Assembly (NCBI RefSeq): GCF_004010195.1
Contig: NC_057718.1
Span: forward strand, 7,439,893 to 7,459,892
DNA length: 20,000 bases
Origin: Chiloscyllium plagiosum
Lineage: Eukaryota
Reading direction: 5' to 3'
The number at the start of each line of letters is the position of its first letter. Within the stretch, counting starts at the first letter, position 1. This document shows, piece after piece, positions 1-10,736 of the stretch. The position numbers and the translations under genes are program-made. The notes beneath the pieces were generated by a model. It was not told the DNA's origin, made no database searches, and worked only from the letters and a program-made list of their open reading frames with translations.

Positions 1-252
1 TCACATAGTGGTAGGGAGACTATTGGAGAAAATTCTGAAGAAGAGAATTAATCTCCAATTGGAGAAGTGAGGTTGATTAGGGATAGTCAGCACACCTTTG
101 CAGAGGGATGCCATGCCTAATAATTTTGGTTGATATTTTTGAGGTCATGACCAGATACACAGTTGAGGGTAGAACAATGGATGCAGTTTATATGTATTTC
201 AACAAGGCCTCCGTCAAAGTTCCATGTGGGAACCTGATAAAGAAGATAAGAG

Positions 253-380
253 GAGAAGGTGGGGACTGCAGATGCTGGAGGTCAGAGTTGAGAGTGTAGC
301 GCTGGAAAAGCACAGCAAGTCAGGCAGCATCCGAGGAGCAGGAGAGTCGATGTTTCGGGCATAAACCCTTCCTCAGGAAT
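253..380 (-). mobile_element. Solo Penelope terminal unit (~128 nt) with hammerhead core
   Basis: Reverse complement aligns by eye over its length with 15494-15622, the 3' end of the RT-coding PLE. Flanked by agaagataagag (241-252) and agaaaataagag (381-392), a 12-bp TSD with 1 mismatch. Confidence 0.85.
346..380 (-). ncRNA. Minimal hammerhead ribozyme motif, slightly decayed
   Basis: Minus strand reads attc-CTGAGGA-A-GGG-tttatg-CCC-GAAA-CA-TC-gac. The CA is probably CpG decay of CG. Confidence 0.65.
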
Positions 381-1093
381 AGAAAATAAGAGTGCATGGG
401 ATGCATTGTAGCTTGGCAAGTTGGACTCAAAATTGAAGACAGAGGATGGTGGTTGAGGGCTGTTTGACTGTTCCTATCATATACCACAGGGATCAGTGCT
501 CGGTCCCTTATTGTTCATGATACACAAAAAATAGTATGGAAGAAAATGTTGAGGAAGATGATAAGTAAGTTTGTCGGTGACGTGAAGATTAGCTGGGTGG
601 AGGTTTTAAATCAGACACAGGTATAGACAGATTGTGCAGATCAGTGACAGAATGGAATTTCACTCTGATAATTGTAAGGTGATGCACTTTGGTACGAGTA
701 ACAAGCAAAGGGAGTACTCAATGAATGGCAGGACACTAGGAAGCTCGGAGGAACAGAAGGATCTTAGGGTGCTTGTCCACAGATCCCTGAAGGTGGTGGG
801 ACAAGTTAACAAAATAGTTAAGGAGGCATATAGGACACTTACCTTTATCAGTTGTGGTATAGATTATAAGATCAGGGGGAGATTATGTGGAGCTGTACAG
901 GACTTTGGTTAGACCACAGCTGGAGCACTGTTTGCAGTTCTGCATTATAGGAAGGATGTGATTGCACTGAACAGGGAATCAAAGGAGATTCATCAGGAGG
1001 TTATCTGGGATGGAGCATTTTAATAATGTAGAGAGGCCATATAAGGTCAGGTTGTTTTCTTTAGAGCAGAGAAGGCTGAGGGTGATTAATGTG

Positions 1094-1221
1094 TAGGAGA
1101 AAGTGAGGGCTGCAGATGCTGGAGATCACAGTTGAGATTGTGGTGCTGGAAAAGCACAGCTGGTCAGGCAGCATCCAAGGTGCAGGAGAATGGACGTTTC
1201 TCGTAAGTCCTTCATCAGGAA
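1094..1221 (-). mobile_element. Solo Penelope terminal unit, second copy, with degenerate hammerhead
   Basis: Homologous to 253-380. TSD tgattaatgtg (1083-1093) / tgattaacgtg (1222-1232). Minus strand reads attc-CTGATGA-AGGacttacga-GAAACGTC, with stem II damaged. Confidence 0.85.
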
Positions 1222-1624
1222 TGATTAACGTGAGAAGAAAGCTTGTCCCTTTAGTTGAAGAGTCATTAACAAGTGGGCAAAATGTTTAGGTGACAGGCAG
1301 GAGGTTTGGTTGGGATTTGAATGTTTTTTTATCCAGAGGGTGATGGGTATCTAGAATGCACTGTCTAGGAGGGACATTGAGGTGGGAAACCTCATAGCCT
1401 TTAAACAATACTTGGATGAGCACTTGAAACATCACAAAATTCAAAGTTATGGGTCTTGTGCAGGAAATGTAGATTTAGAATAGTTTTTGTCAGTGTGGTC
1501 TCAATGGGCCAAAGTGCTTCTTCTGAATGGTATGATTCTGTGATTCTGTAGGTCAGATTGTAAGATAGCCCTAGGTATGAAATTAATAGCATTTGAAATT
1601 CTCACAATACCAATGTGTTAAATA

Positions 1625-1927
1625 TATATATTTTTTCTTTATGAGGTGCCTGTGCAACTGGCTGGGTCAACTGACATTGCTCATTTCTAGTCATATTTGA
1701 CAAGATGGTGGTGAGCTGCCTTCTTGCAGTCCATGCGCTGTAGGTAGACCCACAATGCCGTGAGGGAGAGAATTCCAGGTTCGACCCAATGACCGTCAAG
1801 GAACGGCGATATATTTCCAGGTCAGAATGGTAAGTGGCTTGGAAGGGAACTTGTAGAGGGTAGTCTTCCCATGTGTCTGCTGCCCTTATCCTTCTAGATG
1901 GAAATGGTCACGAATTTGGAAGGTGAT
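1625..1927 (-). mobile_element. 3' end of an L2/CR1-group LINE
   Basis: Reverse complement matches 19529-19694 (aagttccc..ccaagccact.accat.ctga..tggaaatatat.gcc.ttcctt) and includes a WNSLP-type motif (ctggaattctctccct). Confidence 0.7.
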
Positions 1928-1944
1928 TTTTAATATCTCTCAAT

Positions 1945-2062
1945 CAATATCTGGTCATTATCACATTGTTATTTGTGGAACCTTTGTTGGATTACCTTGA
2001 ACATTTCCTGCAAATCAACACTGACCAACCACACTTCATTTTATTTTTTGTAAACCATTTTA
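1945..2062 (+). mobile_element. DeuSINE-like (AmnSINE1/SacSINE1-type) 3' fragment
   Basis: tatctggtcattatcacattgttatttgtggaa...tttcct...acacttcatt resembles the Deu-domain/3' region as recalled; similar to 11335-11490. Confidence 0.5.
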
Positions 2063-2600
2063 ATAAGCAGTACCTTTAAAGACAATATATGTTAGGGTGT
2101 ATAATTCTGAAGGAGTTACATGAGCAGAGGAATCTGGGTGTCCATGTGTATATATCATTGAAGGTGGCAAGATAGGCAGAGGAAGCAGTAAGTAAAGCAT
2201 ACAGTACTCTCAGTTTCATTAATAGCAGCACAGAGTCCAAGAGCAGGGAGATGAAATTGGACATGTAAGAGACACTTGTTAGATTTTAGCTGGAATATTA
2301 TGTAATATTGCGGGCAACACATTATGGAGAGTGTGCAGAAGCTACTTACAAGGATATTTCCAGGAAAGAGAACTTCAGATATCAGGGTCAGTTGAAGAAC
2401 CTTGGATTGCTCTTTTTGTAAAGAAGAAAGCTGAGAAGAGATTTGATGGAGGTTTTCATCATCATGAACAAGCTGGATAGTGTAGATAGGGAGAAACTGT
2501 TCGTAATCTCGGGGCACAGAATTCAAACGACTTGCAAAAGGAGCAAATATGATGTGAGAAACATTTTTTTCTGTCAATGAGTAATGGGTAAGGAATGCAG

Positions 2601-3242
2601 TAGGGTTAAAGTTAGTCACGGTTTGGGTTACGGCTAGAGTTAGGGTGAGGGTTATGGTTAGGATTAGGGCCAGGGTTAGGGTTAGGGTGAGGATTAGAGC
2701 TAGGACAAGGGTTAGGGTGAGAGTTATGGCCAGGGTTAGGGTTAGGGCTCGAGCAAATGTAAAGATTAAGGTTAAGGTCAAGGTTAGGGTTAGGGCTAGG
2801 GCAAGGTTAGGATTAGAGTTACGGCCAGGGTTGGGGTTAGGGCTAGAGCATGGATTAGAATTAGGGTTAAGGTCAAGGTTAGTGTTAGGGCTAAGGCAAA
2901 GGCTAGGTTTAAGGTCAGGGGTTAGGGATAAGGTTAGGGCTAGGATTGAGGTTAGAGTTTGGGTTAAGGTTGGGGTTCGGTTTAGGGTTTGGATCAGGAT
3001 TTGGGCTAAGGTTAGGTTCAGTGTTAGAGTTACAGGTCATGTTAGGATTAGGGTTAGGGTTAGGGCTGCTATAGGGGTTAGGGTTAGGGTTGTGTTTAGG
3101 GTTAGGACCAGGGTTAGGGTTAGGGTTAGGGTTAGAGTTAGGTTTGGATTAGGGTTAGGGTTAGGTTTCACACCAGAGTTAGGGTTTGGGTTAGGGCTCA
3201 GATTGAGTTTAGAGTTAAGACTGGAGTTGGGGTTAGGGTTCG
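2601..3242 (+). repeat. Degenerate interstitial telomeric repeat (TTAGGG)n, ~640 bp
   Basis: About 105 hexamers of TTAGGG and variants (TTAGGA, CTAGGG, TTAAGG, TTTGGG, TTAGAG, CCAGGG); pure runs e.g. ~3111-3133. Confidence 0.95.
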
Positions 3243-3426
3243 GCACTGCCTGGGAAATGTGGTGAGTGCAAGTTCAATTAAAGTGTTCACCAGGACATTG
3301 AATGGATAGTTTGAATAGAAATAACATACACCGGTTGGGGTGAAGGTAGGAGATAATGTGACTTTAGTTAATGATGCTCATTTAAAGAACCGATGTACAC
3401 ATGATGGGCTGAATGGCCTCTATGTA

Positions 3427-3750
3427 TAGATTAGATTAGATTACTTACAGTGTGGAAACAGGCCCTTCGGCCCAACAAGTCCACACCGACCCGCCGAAGC
3501 ACACCCACCCAGACCCATTCCCCTACATTTACCCCTTCACCTAACACTATGGGCAAATTAGCATGGCCAATTCACCTAACCTGCACATTTTTTGAACTTT
3601 GGGAGGAAACCGGAGCACCCGGAGGAAACCCACACAGACACGGGAAGAATGTGTAAACTCCACACAGAGAGTTGCCTGAGGCGGGAATTGAACCCGGGTC
3701 TCTGGCGCTGTGAGGCAGCAGTGCTAACCACTGTGCCGCTGTGCCGCCCA
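3427..3750 (-). mobile_element. tRNA-derived V-SINE (HE1-like shark SINE)
   Basis: Minus strand starts gggcggcacagcggcacagtggttagcactgctgcc (A-box region), has B box gggttcaattccc, the V-domain gtgggtttcctccgggtgctccggtttcctccca, a CR1-like tail ttgggccgaagggcctgtttccacactgta and a (tctaa)n end. Confidence 0.9.
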
Positions 3751-4679
3751 TATACTGCGACATGTCTGTGATTCTGGATGTGCTAATGACATAAATGATG
3801 ATGATTCAAAATTTCCTTTTTTCAATAAATTCCTCTCACAACTTTTCTGAAAACGAAGCTGCCTCTGAGAGTGGGACTCAGATTTGACAGGGGAAGTTTA
3901 CACCACGTAATTGCCAAAAGAAATCACAATCTCTTCCAGCTGCTGTGACATCAGTGTAGTGGTCAAGTGTCAGCCTGAGCTGTTTGAACTGTCACATCCC
4001 TTGCAATGATCAAATGTATTTACCCACACAGCAAGTGGCTGCACTTGGGAATCCACTTCATCACAATTACTATGACACCAGATCAAAATATTGACAGTAC
4101 ACCTGGTGAGCGTGTCACTTCCATATTTTGCAATAACAGCAGTGCACTTCTCATGGTGTACACAGACAGTATATTCTGTTAAAAATGCTTGCAGGTTATC
4201 TTCCAGTGTTCCCGACTGACACTTTCTTCCAATGCCCCTTGCGTATGCATTTTTTTCAATGTGAATAGAAAGTGTTGAAAATCTACAGTGAAGACAGCAA
4301 GGGCAAGAAATGCACAGCATGTTTTTTCTTAAATATTTGGTCAGACACAATGTTGGACAATGTCCTGCAACTGCTGTGCGGTTTACCTTTAAAAGAATTT
4401 GAGTTATCATCTCTCCATCATGGCATGCGGTCAAATGGTGTAAAGCTTTCAGTCTCCATCTTGCTGAGCTCTGTTCTCTTGCAACATGACACTGTAAGGG
4501 AAGCTTGCTACACTACCCTCTGAGTTGCTTTGCTTGAGCCCAGTCACACAAGTGCCTCTGGTTGTACATACCACATAAATACCAGAGATTTCATAAAAGT
4601 TCATTGAATTCTTCAGTTCTACATGACCCCATGTCTTAACCTTTACATTACAGGAGCTAATATAGGTATCACATCTTGG

Positions 4680-5040
4680 TAGTTGCCTATCATCAAAACA
4701 TCATGGCTGATCATGCAATCTCAGTATCCCATTCCCGCTTTCTCTCCATACCCCTTGATCCCTTTAGCCATGAGGGCCACATCCAACTTCCTCTTGAATG
4801 TATCTAACGACCTGGCCCCAACAGCTTCCTGTGGGAGAGAATTCCACAGGTTCACCATTCTCTGAGTGAAGACATTCTTCCTCATCTCAGTCCTGAATGG
4901 CCTACCCCTTATTCTTAGACTGTGACCCGTAGTTCTGGACTTCCCCAACATGAGGAACATTCTTCTTGGATCTAGCCTGTCCAATCCCATTGGGATTTTA
5001 TAGGTTTAGGCGAGGTCCCCCCACATTCTTCTAAATTCCA
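4680..5040 (-). mobile_element. CR1 LINE 3' end
   Basis: ORF 4721-4990 encodes SRTTGHSLRIRGRPFRTEMRKNVFTQRMVNLWNSLPQEAV, the typical CR1 ORF2 C-terminus. Confidence 0.9.
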
Positions 5041-5384
5041 TGGTGGATGCAGCAGTGACTGCTCATAAGAGAATTCTCGTGGAAGATTAGGCAGCCCCTG
5101 CTCGTAAAACATTCAGCAACCAGTTGCAAAAGGTGTATAAGAGGTCATATCTCCAACTTAATTATCCAGGAGGCAGATTTGCTTCCTCCCTCCTTAAAGT
5201 TCAAGAACTATCAAGTTAAAGGTTATCTTCTGTTTTACAAAAACTGAAAAAAGAAAACTTCATCTCACTTCCCATTTTACAGGAAACTCTGAACGTAGGG
5301 TAAGGGGTGAAGGAAGAGATGTAGGACTGCAAGACCTTCCTTCCTGGTCTCTCTTTCTGAGGAAGGATGCTTTTGCTCTTGAGG

Positions 5385-5882
5385 GAGCATAGTGAAGGTT
5401 TTCCAGGCTGATTCCGGGGATGGTGAGACTGACCTATGAGGAGAGATTGACCAGGGTAGGATTGTTTTCATTGGAGTTCAGACGAGTGAGGTGGTGGGGG
5501 TGGATCTCATAGGACCCATAAAATTCTAACAGGGCGGGACAAGGTAAATGCAAGGAGGATGTTTCCAATGGTGGGTGCATCAAAATGTGCATCATTACAT
5601 TCTGAGGGTTTGGAGTGGACCATTGAGGACAGAGATGAGGAGATATCTCCAAAGAGTGGGGTGCCTGTGAAATTCATTACCACAGGAAGTAGTTGATGCC
5701 AAAACATTGAATGTATTCGAGAGGCGGCTAGATATAGCACTTGGGGGTGAAAGGGATCAAAGTTTCTGGGGAGAAAGCAGGATTAGGCTATTGAGTTGGA
5801 CGATCAGCCATGGTTGTAATGAATGGCGGAGCAGACTCGAAGGGCTGAATGGTCTCCTCCTGCTCCTATCTTCTATGTTTCA
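5385..5882 (+). mobile_element. CR1 LINE 3' end
   Basis: aggctgattccggggatg...tatgaggagagattg...tattcgagaggcggctagatatagc; tail gagcagactcgaagggctgaatggtctcctcctgctcctatcttctatgtttc. Confidence 0.85.
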
Positions 5883-5884
5883 AG

Positions 5885-6365
5885 GAGGTGAGTCAGACAT
5901 GGCTGAAGACTCTGTCTATCACAGTGAGGGGGTTTCTCAATCGAGGATCAGATTGATATTGGAGGTAGTCTGGTGGATGAAGGCATCATCAGAACAGATG
6001 CAAAGGAGAGGGAGACACTGGGAAACTGGAATGGAACAAACATAGGAACTGTCGGAGAAATTCAGCAGGTCTGGCAGCATCTGTGGAGAGGGAGAGAGAG
6101 ACACACTTAATGTTTGTAGTCTGACAGGACTCTTCTTCAGAACTAGAATGGTATCTTTGCAGGAAGCAGGGAGTGAGGAGGCGCAGTTAAGGAAACTGTG
6201 AAAATGGCTTGGCTACTCATGGACATTGGTAGCCTATCCTCAGAAAGGGAAACAGTGATGCCAAGGAAGGGAAGCCAATAGTCAGAGCTTGACCAGGTGA
6301 AGGTGAGAGAACGATGGTATTTAGAAGCAAAACTGATTAATTTTTCCAATTCTAGATGAAAGTGT
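5885..6365 (-). pseudogene. Decayed Penelope-like RT fragment
   Basis: EKLISFASKYHRSLTFTWSSSDYWLPFLGITVSLSEDRL aligns with EQLINFTNTFHPDLKFTWTISDTSLPFLDLSISINDDRL of the 14178 ORF. After the insertion it continues as IPVSQCLPLLCICS (cf. IPYPQFLRLRRINS). Confidence 0.8.
6035..6144 (-). mobile_element. Solo PLE terminal unit of a third family with decayed hammerhead
   Basis: Minus strand reads agtt-CTGAAGA-A-GAGTC-ctgtca-GACTA-CAAA-CA-TT-aa...ctctccacagatgctgccagacctgctgaattt. Flanked by aactggaatgg (6024-6034) / aactagaatgg (6141-6151). Confidence 0.65.
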
Positions 6366-6574
6366 CATGCAGACCTCCTTTCTGGTGTTCTCCAGAGATA
6401 TAAACACCACAGTAATGTTCCTTTTCTTCACGAACCTCTCCAGATGGATATTTGATCACCAGATCGGTACGACATGTCAAAACTCCAAAATATGATAGCA
6501 AAGCTTGAATTATTTACCTTGTTAACTTACTGCTCAGTGAAGAGCTCAGTCACAGCAACGGCATCGGTGGCAGT

Positions 6575-7195
6575 GAGTATGCCCAGCACTATGGGCTCTA
6601 GTGGGCCCAGTAGTATGGACTTGAGTAGACCCAGCAGCACAGACTCAAGTAGGCTCAGCAGCATGGACTCGAGTGGACCCAGCAGCAAATACTTGAGTGA
6701 GCCCGGCAGTATAGACTCAAGTAGACCCAGCAGTGTAGATTCAAGTAGGCCCAGCTGTATGGACCAGAGTAGGCCCAGCAGCAAATACTTGTGTAGGCCC
6801 AGCAGTTTAGTCTCAAGTAGGACCAGCAACATGGACCCTAGTGGGCCCAGCAGCACGTACTCAAGTGGGCTCAGCAGTAGACACTCAAATAGGCCCAGCA
6901 GTATAGACTCAAGTAGGTCCAGCAGCATGGACTCGAGTGGGCACAGCAGCAAATACTTGAGTGGGCCCAGCAGTATGGACCAGAGAAGGCTCAGCAGTAT
7001 GGACTCAAGTAGGCCCAACAGCACATACTCAAGTGGGCCCAACCGCACATACTCAAGTGGGCCCAGCAGTAGAGAGTCAAAAAGGCCCAGCAGTAGACTC
7101 AAGTAGGCCCAGCAGCATGGACCCAAGTAGGCCTAGCAGCATGGACTCGAGTTGGCCAAGCAGCATGGACTCGAGTAGGCCCAGCAGCATGGATA
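6575..7195. repeat. 24-bp minisatellite (consensus ~AAGTAGGCCCAGCAGCATGGACTC), about 25 copies
   Basis: Direct tandem periodicity. Translates as (SSRPSSMD)n on + and (LLGPLESM)n on -. Confidence 0.92.
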
Positions 7196-8689
7196 CGTGG
7201 CGGTGGCATCAGAAGTGGGTTTGGGCCCAGTATAACACCCTGTGGCATCATCAGTGGCTGCAGAAGGCAAGGTGGGCCTGAAGCACACTCTTGGCAGTGG
7301 CAGAGTCGAGTTTGGGCCATTTCAAAACTCAGCAGCATCAGTGGTGTCTGCATTGGTGAGGTCCAGTGAGGACTCAGTGGGGGGGGGGGGAGGTGTCAGT
7401 GGAGATGATATGGCACTGACGGGTGACACCTTTCATTCCAGTGACAGTGACATCGCAAAGGGGACTCCTGGCTGGTCACCAGGTCCATGGCCTAGTGATG
7501 GAGCACTTAACAAGAAAGCTCCAAGAGTTGTTGACCAGGTAAAGGGTGCGGAGTGTATCCCCTCCTTTATAACATCCCTCTTCATTACAAGTGACACTTG
7601 TATTTCATTCCAGCTTTGGTCTACTACACCTGAATGAAATGGTGTTAAGCAGATCAGTCATAAAAATAAGTTAATTTCAAAGTTTTCTTGAATGGAAGAG
7701 AGAGGGATTTAAATTCTTATTACTTTCCAAAAATATTAAAACAACACCAAACACCTGCAAGCAAACCCAGGCAATAAGCTTACAAAGAAGTGGGGTGCCT
7801 ATTACAGACAGGAAGTTAAAAGCAATTGTAGTTTGCATTTCTAAAGAGTCCCTAAGGGTTTAGATTATAAATTAGTATCCTAACTGTATAACAGTTATTT
7901 TGCTTCTTCATCAATGATAAATATAGGTTTAATCTACAACCTTCTTGTGGAGGCACCCGTAGATAGCAGAGTTCATAATATAATTGAATTTCACATTCAA
8001 TTTGAGGGAGAGATGTTTGGGTCCAAGACTAGTATTTTAAAATTAAATAAGGGCAATTATGGAGGCATGAATACAAAGCTGGCTAATGTGAATTAACAAT
8101 TTGGTTAAAGGATAAGTTAATAGAGATACCTGTGGGAGACATTGAAGGGGATACTTCAGACTACAAAGAATAGAAACATTCAAATGGATAATAATTATTC
8201 CTAGATGAAGTTACAGCCTTTGGTTAGCTAGAAATATTTCAAACTTAAAGCAACAGCATACAATTGTGCAAAGGTAGATGGCCGAAGATTGATTAGTATA
8301 CAAAGAAAAAGACTGAAAATTAATGAGGGAAAAATTAGAGTATGTGAGAAAGTTAGTCAGAAATATAAGAATAGATAATAAGAGTTTCTATGCTTACTGA
8401 AAAGAAAAGGCAAACTGGACATTGACCCTATGGAAAGTGAGACTTCAGAACTGATCGTGCAAAATAAAAGGAGGCAAATAAAAGGAAGCATATTCTTCAT
8501 TTTTGATAATGGAGGATGCAAGTAACATCCCAAAAGTAGTGATTCATTCAGAAATGGAAGGAAGGGAGAAACAGAAGAAAAATAGATTCAGAGAAGTGGC
8601 CAAGCAGAGGCTGATAGCCAAGTTTGGTACCCAGAGGGATGGCTTCAGTTGGGACCTTGGGTTCATGTCACACTACAGGTGACCCCACT

Positions 8690-8930
8690 ACACTATACAC
8701 TCTCTCTCTCTCTCTCTCACAGTCACACACAAACACACATACACGCACACACCGACAGACCCGACAGAGATCATACACAAGATCTCTCTCATACACTCAC
8801 ACATATACACCCACACATGCACCCTCTCGCAGACTTATACTCCTTTACACTCACACTCACACGTATACATAGACACTCATACCCCTCCCCCCCCCTCCCC
8901 CACACACACACACACACATATGTGTATGTT
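8690..8930 (+). repeat. (CT)n/(CA)n-rich compound microsatellite inside the PLE 3' region
   Basis: tctctctctctctctctc followed by degenerate (ca)n tracts. Confidence 0.9.
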
Positions 8931-9302
8931 TGTGGGGTGAATTTGTATTTGCAGAATTATATTTTATTTTGCTCAAAAACTGCATGAATCCATGTAAGAA
9001 AATGTAAATCCCTTTTTTAGAAATAGAATCAGTTTGAACATTGGGGCACAGACAGCCTCACACAGGGCACCTCACACCTTCAATGCATTATCTAAGCCAA
9101 CATGGCACCTATTGTTAAAGTTCACTTGAGAATGTTACTTTAAAACAAATTTCTGGGATTTACATATGAAAGAACTGAAACCACCATGGTCATTCTAAAA
9201 GATGAGAGACTTAACAAACAATCCAGGTCTTTTTCAATACATTGCATCACGCTGTAAACTTTTGCTATAAATTCTGCATCTTACAATCTTATGCTCCACA
9301 AC

Positions 9303-9337
9303 CACCTGATGAAGGAGCAGCGCCCCGAAAGCTAGTG
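9303..9337 (+). ncRNA. Minimal type I hammerhead ribozyme motif
   Basis: CAC-CTGATGA-A-GGAGC-agc-GCCCC-GAAA-GC-TA-GTG: stem I CAC/GTG, stem II with one mismatch, palindromic AGCT in place of stem III. Confidence 0.75.
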
Positions 9338-9379
9338 CCTCCAAATAAACTGGCTCCTCTACATCAGAGAAGTGGGACT

Positions 9380-9624
9380 GCAACTTTTTCACACAGAGGG
9401 TGGTACGTGTATGGAATGAGCTGCCAGAGGATGTGGTGGAGGCTGGTACAATTGCAACATTTAAGAGGCATTTGGATGGGTATATGAATAGGAAGGGTTT
9501 GGAGGTATATGGACCGGGTGCTGGCAGGTGGGACTAGTTTGGGTTGGGATATCTGGTCAGCATGGAGGGGTTGGACCGATGGGTCTGTTTCCATGCTGTA
9601 CATCTCTATGACTCTATGACTCTA
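9380..9624 (+). mobile_element. Younger CR1 3' tail insertion
   Basis: FFTQRVVRVWNELPEDVVEAGTIATFKRHLDGYMNRKG reading, with a (ctatgact)n tail. Confidence 0.9.
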
Positions 9625-10511
9625 AGTGCAGACTATAGATGCTTGGTTCCTGGTGGACTTCACCCTGGGGTCTTAAAAGACTCAACTAGTGAGATTGTCA
9701 ATAAATTAGTTTTAAATTTCCAAAATTCCCTTGAATGACTTCTTTAGATTGGAAGACTATGAATGCAACTTCTTTATTCAAAAGGCAGAGTTTGACAGGA
9801 AACAGGTAAGTATAGGTTAGTTATGTTGACATCTGTTATAAGGAAAATGTTAGAAGCTATTGACAAAGAAGTTGTAGAAAAGTTTTAAACCTTAGATAAG
9901 TTCAAGGTAATCAGACAAGGTAAATATGGTTTTATAAAAGGGAAATAATGCTTAACCAACTAATGAAGTACTTGAGGGAACAGCATGTGCTGTGGATAAA
10001 GGAGCACAGGTAGATGTACTGTACTTAAGAGTTTCAAAAGGCATATGATGAATTGCCACATCAAAGATTATTGTGGAAAGTAAACGTTTATGGGGTAGAG
10101 AGTAGCACATTTACATGGATAGAAAATTGGCTGGCAAGCAGGAAACAAAGAATAGGCATAAATGAATGCTTTTCAGGATGGCAAAATTAATGATTAGTGT
10201 GCCTCAAGACTCAGTAATTATACCTCAAATATCTACAAATTAAATAAATGATTTGAATAAAGTGATGGAAGAGGGCACAAAGATAGGTGAGAAAGTGAAT
10301 TGTGGAGAGGACAGAAGGAGCCTACGAAGGGATAAAGACAGGTTAAGTGAATGGACAAAGATTTGGTAAATGGAATATAATGTGTAAAAATGTGAAATTG
10401 CCCACTTTGGCAGGAGGTATTTAAAAAAACAGTCAAAACAATGAGAGATTGCAGAGCTTTAAGAGTACAGAGGGATCTGGGTGTTTTGTTGCAAGAATCA
10501 CAGAGTGTAAG

Positions 10512-10736
10512 TGAAATAACTCCAGAGAGGCCAGTATCTGTCATCAAGGCACCCACATGAACAGTCCTTGACTTTAGTACTGCCTCTTTAGAGTCAGCTA
10601 CCAGGGTGTCAGCATCTCAGACATTCACCTTTTTATCTGTCAGCCAGGGCTCCCTGATTGGACTAGCATAACAGCCTCAATCAAGGAACCCATGTTTCTA
10701 TGAGTCCAGCTGGCTGACCATTTTTCAATCCTGACA
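10512..10736 (-). mobile_element. Solo LTR (225 bp), probably Gypsy-type
   Basis: TG...CA termini; flanks gtaag (10507-10511) / gttag (10737-10741). Minus strand has CCAAT then TATA-like gataaaaagg. Removing it restores continuous CR1 sequence. Confidence 0.7.

Larger units (their letters stand above)
1..1547 (+). mobile_element. Decayed CR1-clade LINE, ORF2 reverse transcriptase region plus 3' tail (frameshifted; two PLE insertions)
   Basis: Translated pieces resemble CR1 RT motifs: YMYFNKASVKVP (cf. YMDFSKAFDKVPH), PQGSVLGPLLF at ~484-516, KFVGD (cf. FADD), CKVMHFG, EQKDLRVLVHRSLK. Ends in a short (tgattc)-type tandem tail at ~1532-1547. Confidence 0.9.
2085..3776 (+). mobile_element. Old CR1 3' fragment interrupted by a telomeric array and a SINE
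   Basis: gagcagaggaatctgggtgtccatgtg (EQRDLGV motif), gagatttgatggaggttttc, ggaatgca|ctgcctgg split across the array, tail gggctgaatggcctc...ctgtgattct. Confidence 0.75.
8600..9363 (+). mobile_element. 5'-truncated Penelope-like element, second family: ORF C-terminus, CA-rich tract, hammerhead
   Basis: KQRLIAKFGTQRDGFSWDLGFMSHYR* (stop 8680-8682) resembles the PLE GIY-YIG C-terminus (E..LI..F.T...GLN.D). Exact 12-bp TSD tcagagaagtgg at 8588-8599 and 9364-9375. Confidence 0.8.

Noticed and set aside
2155..3265. Long ORFs (VRVRVR / LTLTLT / PNPNPN)
   Set aside because: Translations of the TTAGGG array, which lacks stops in these frames; not genes.
3680..3750. tRNA-like A/B boxes (also 15820-15897 and 16220-16408)
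   Set aside because: These are SINE heads joined to SINE bodies and LINE-derived tails, not tRNA genes.
5355..5375. ttctgaggaagg resembling a hammerhead 5' core
   Set aside because: No downstream stem II or GAAA element.
6575..7195. CRISPR-like periodicity
   Set aside because: Tandem units without unique spacers, vertebrate context, no cas genes.
8624..8987. His/Thr-rich ORFs
   Set aside because: Translations of the (CA)n microsatellite.
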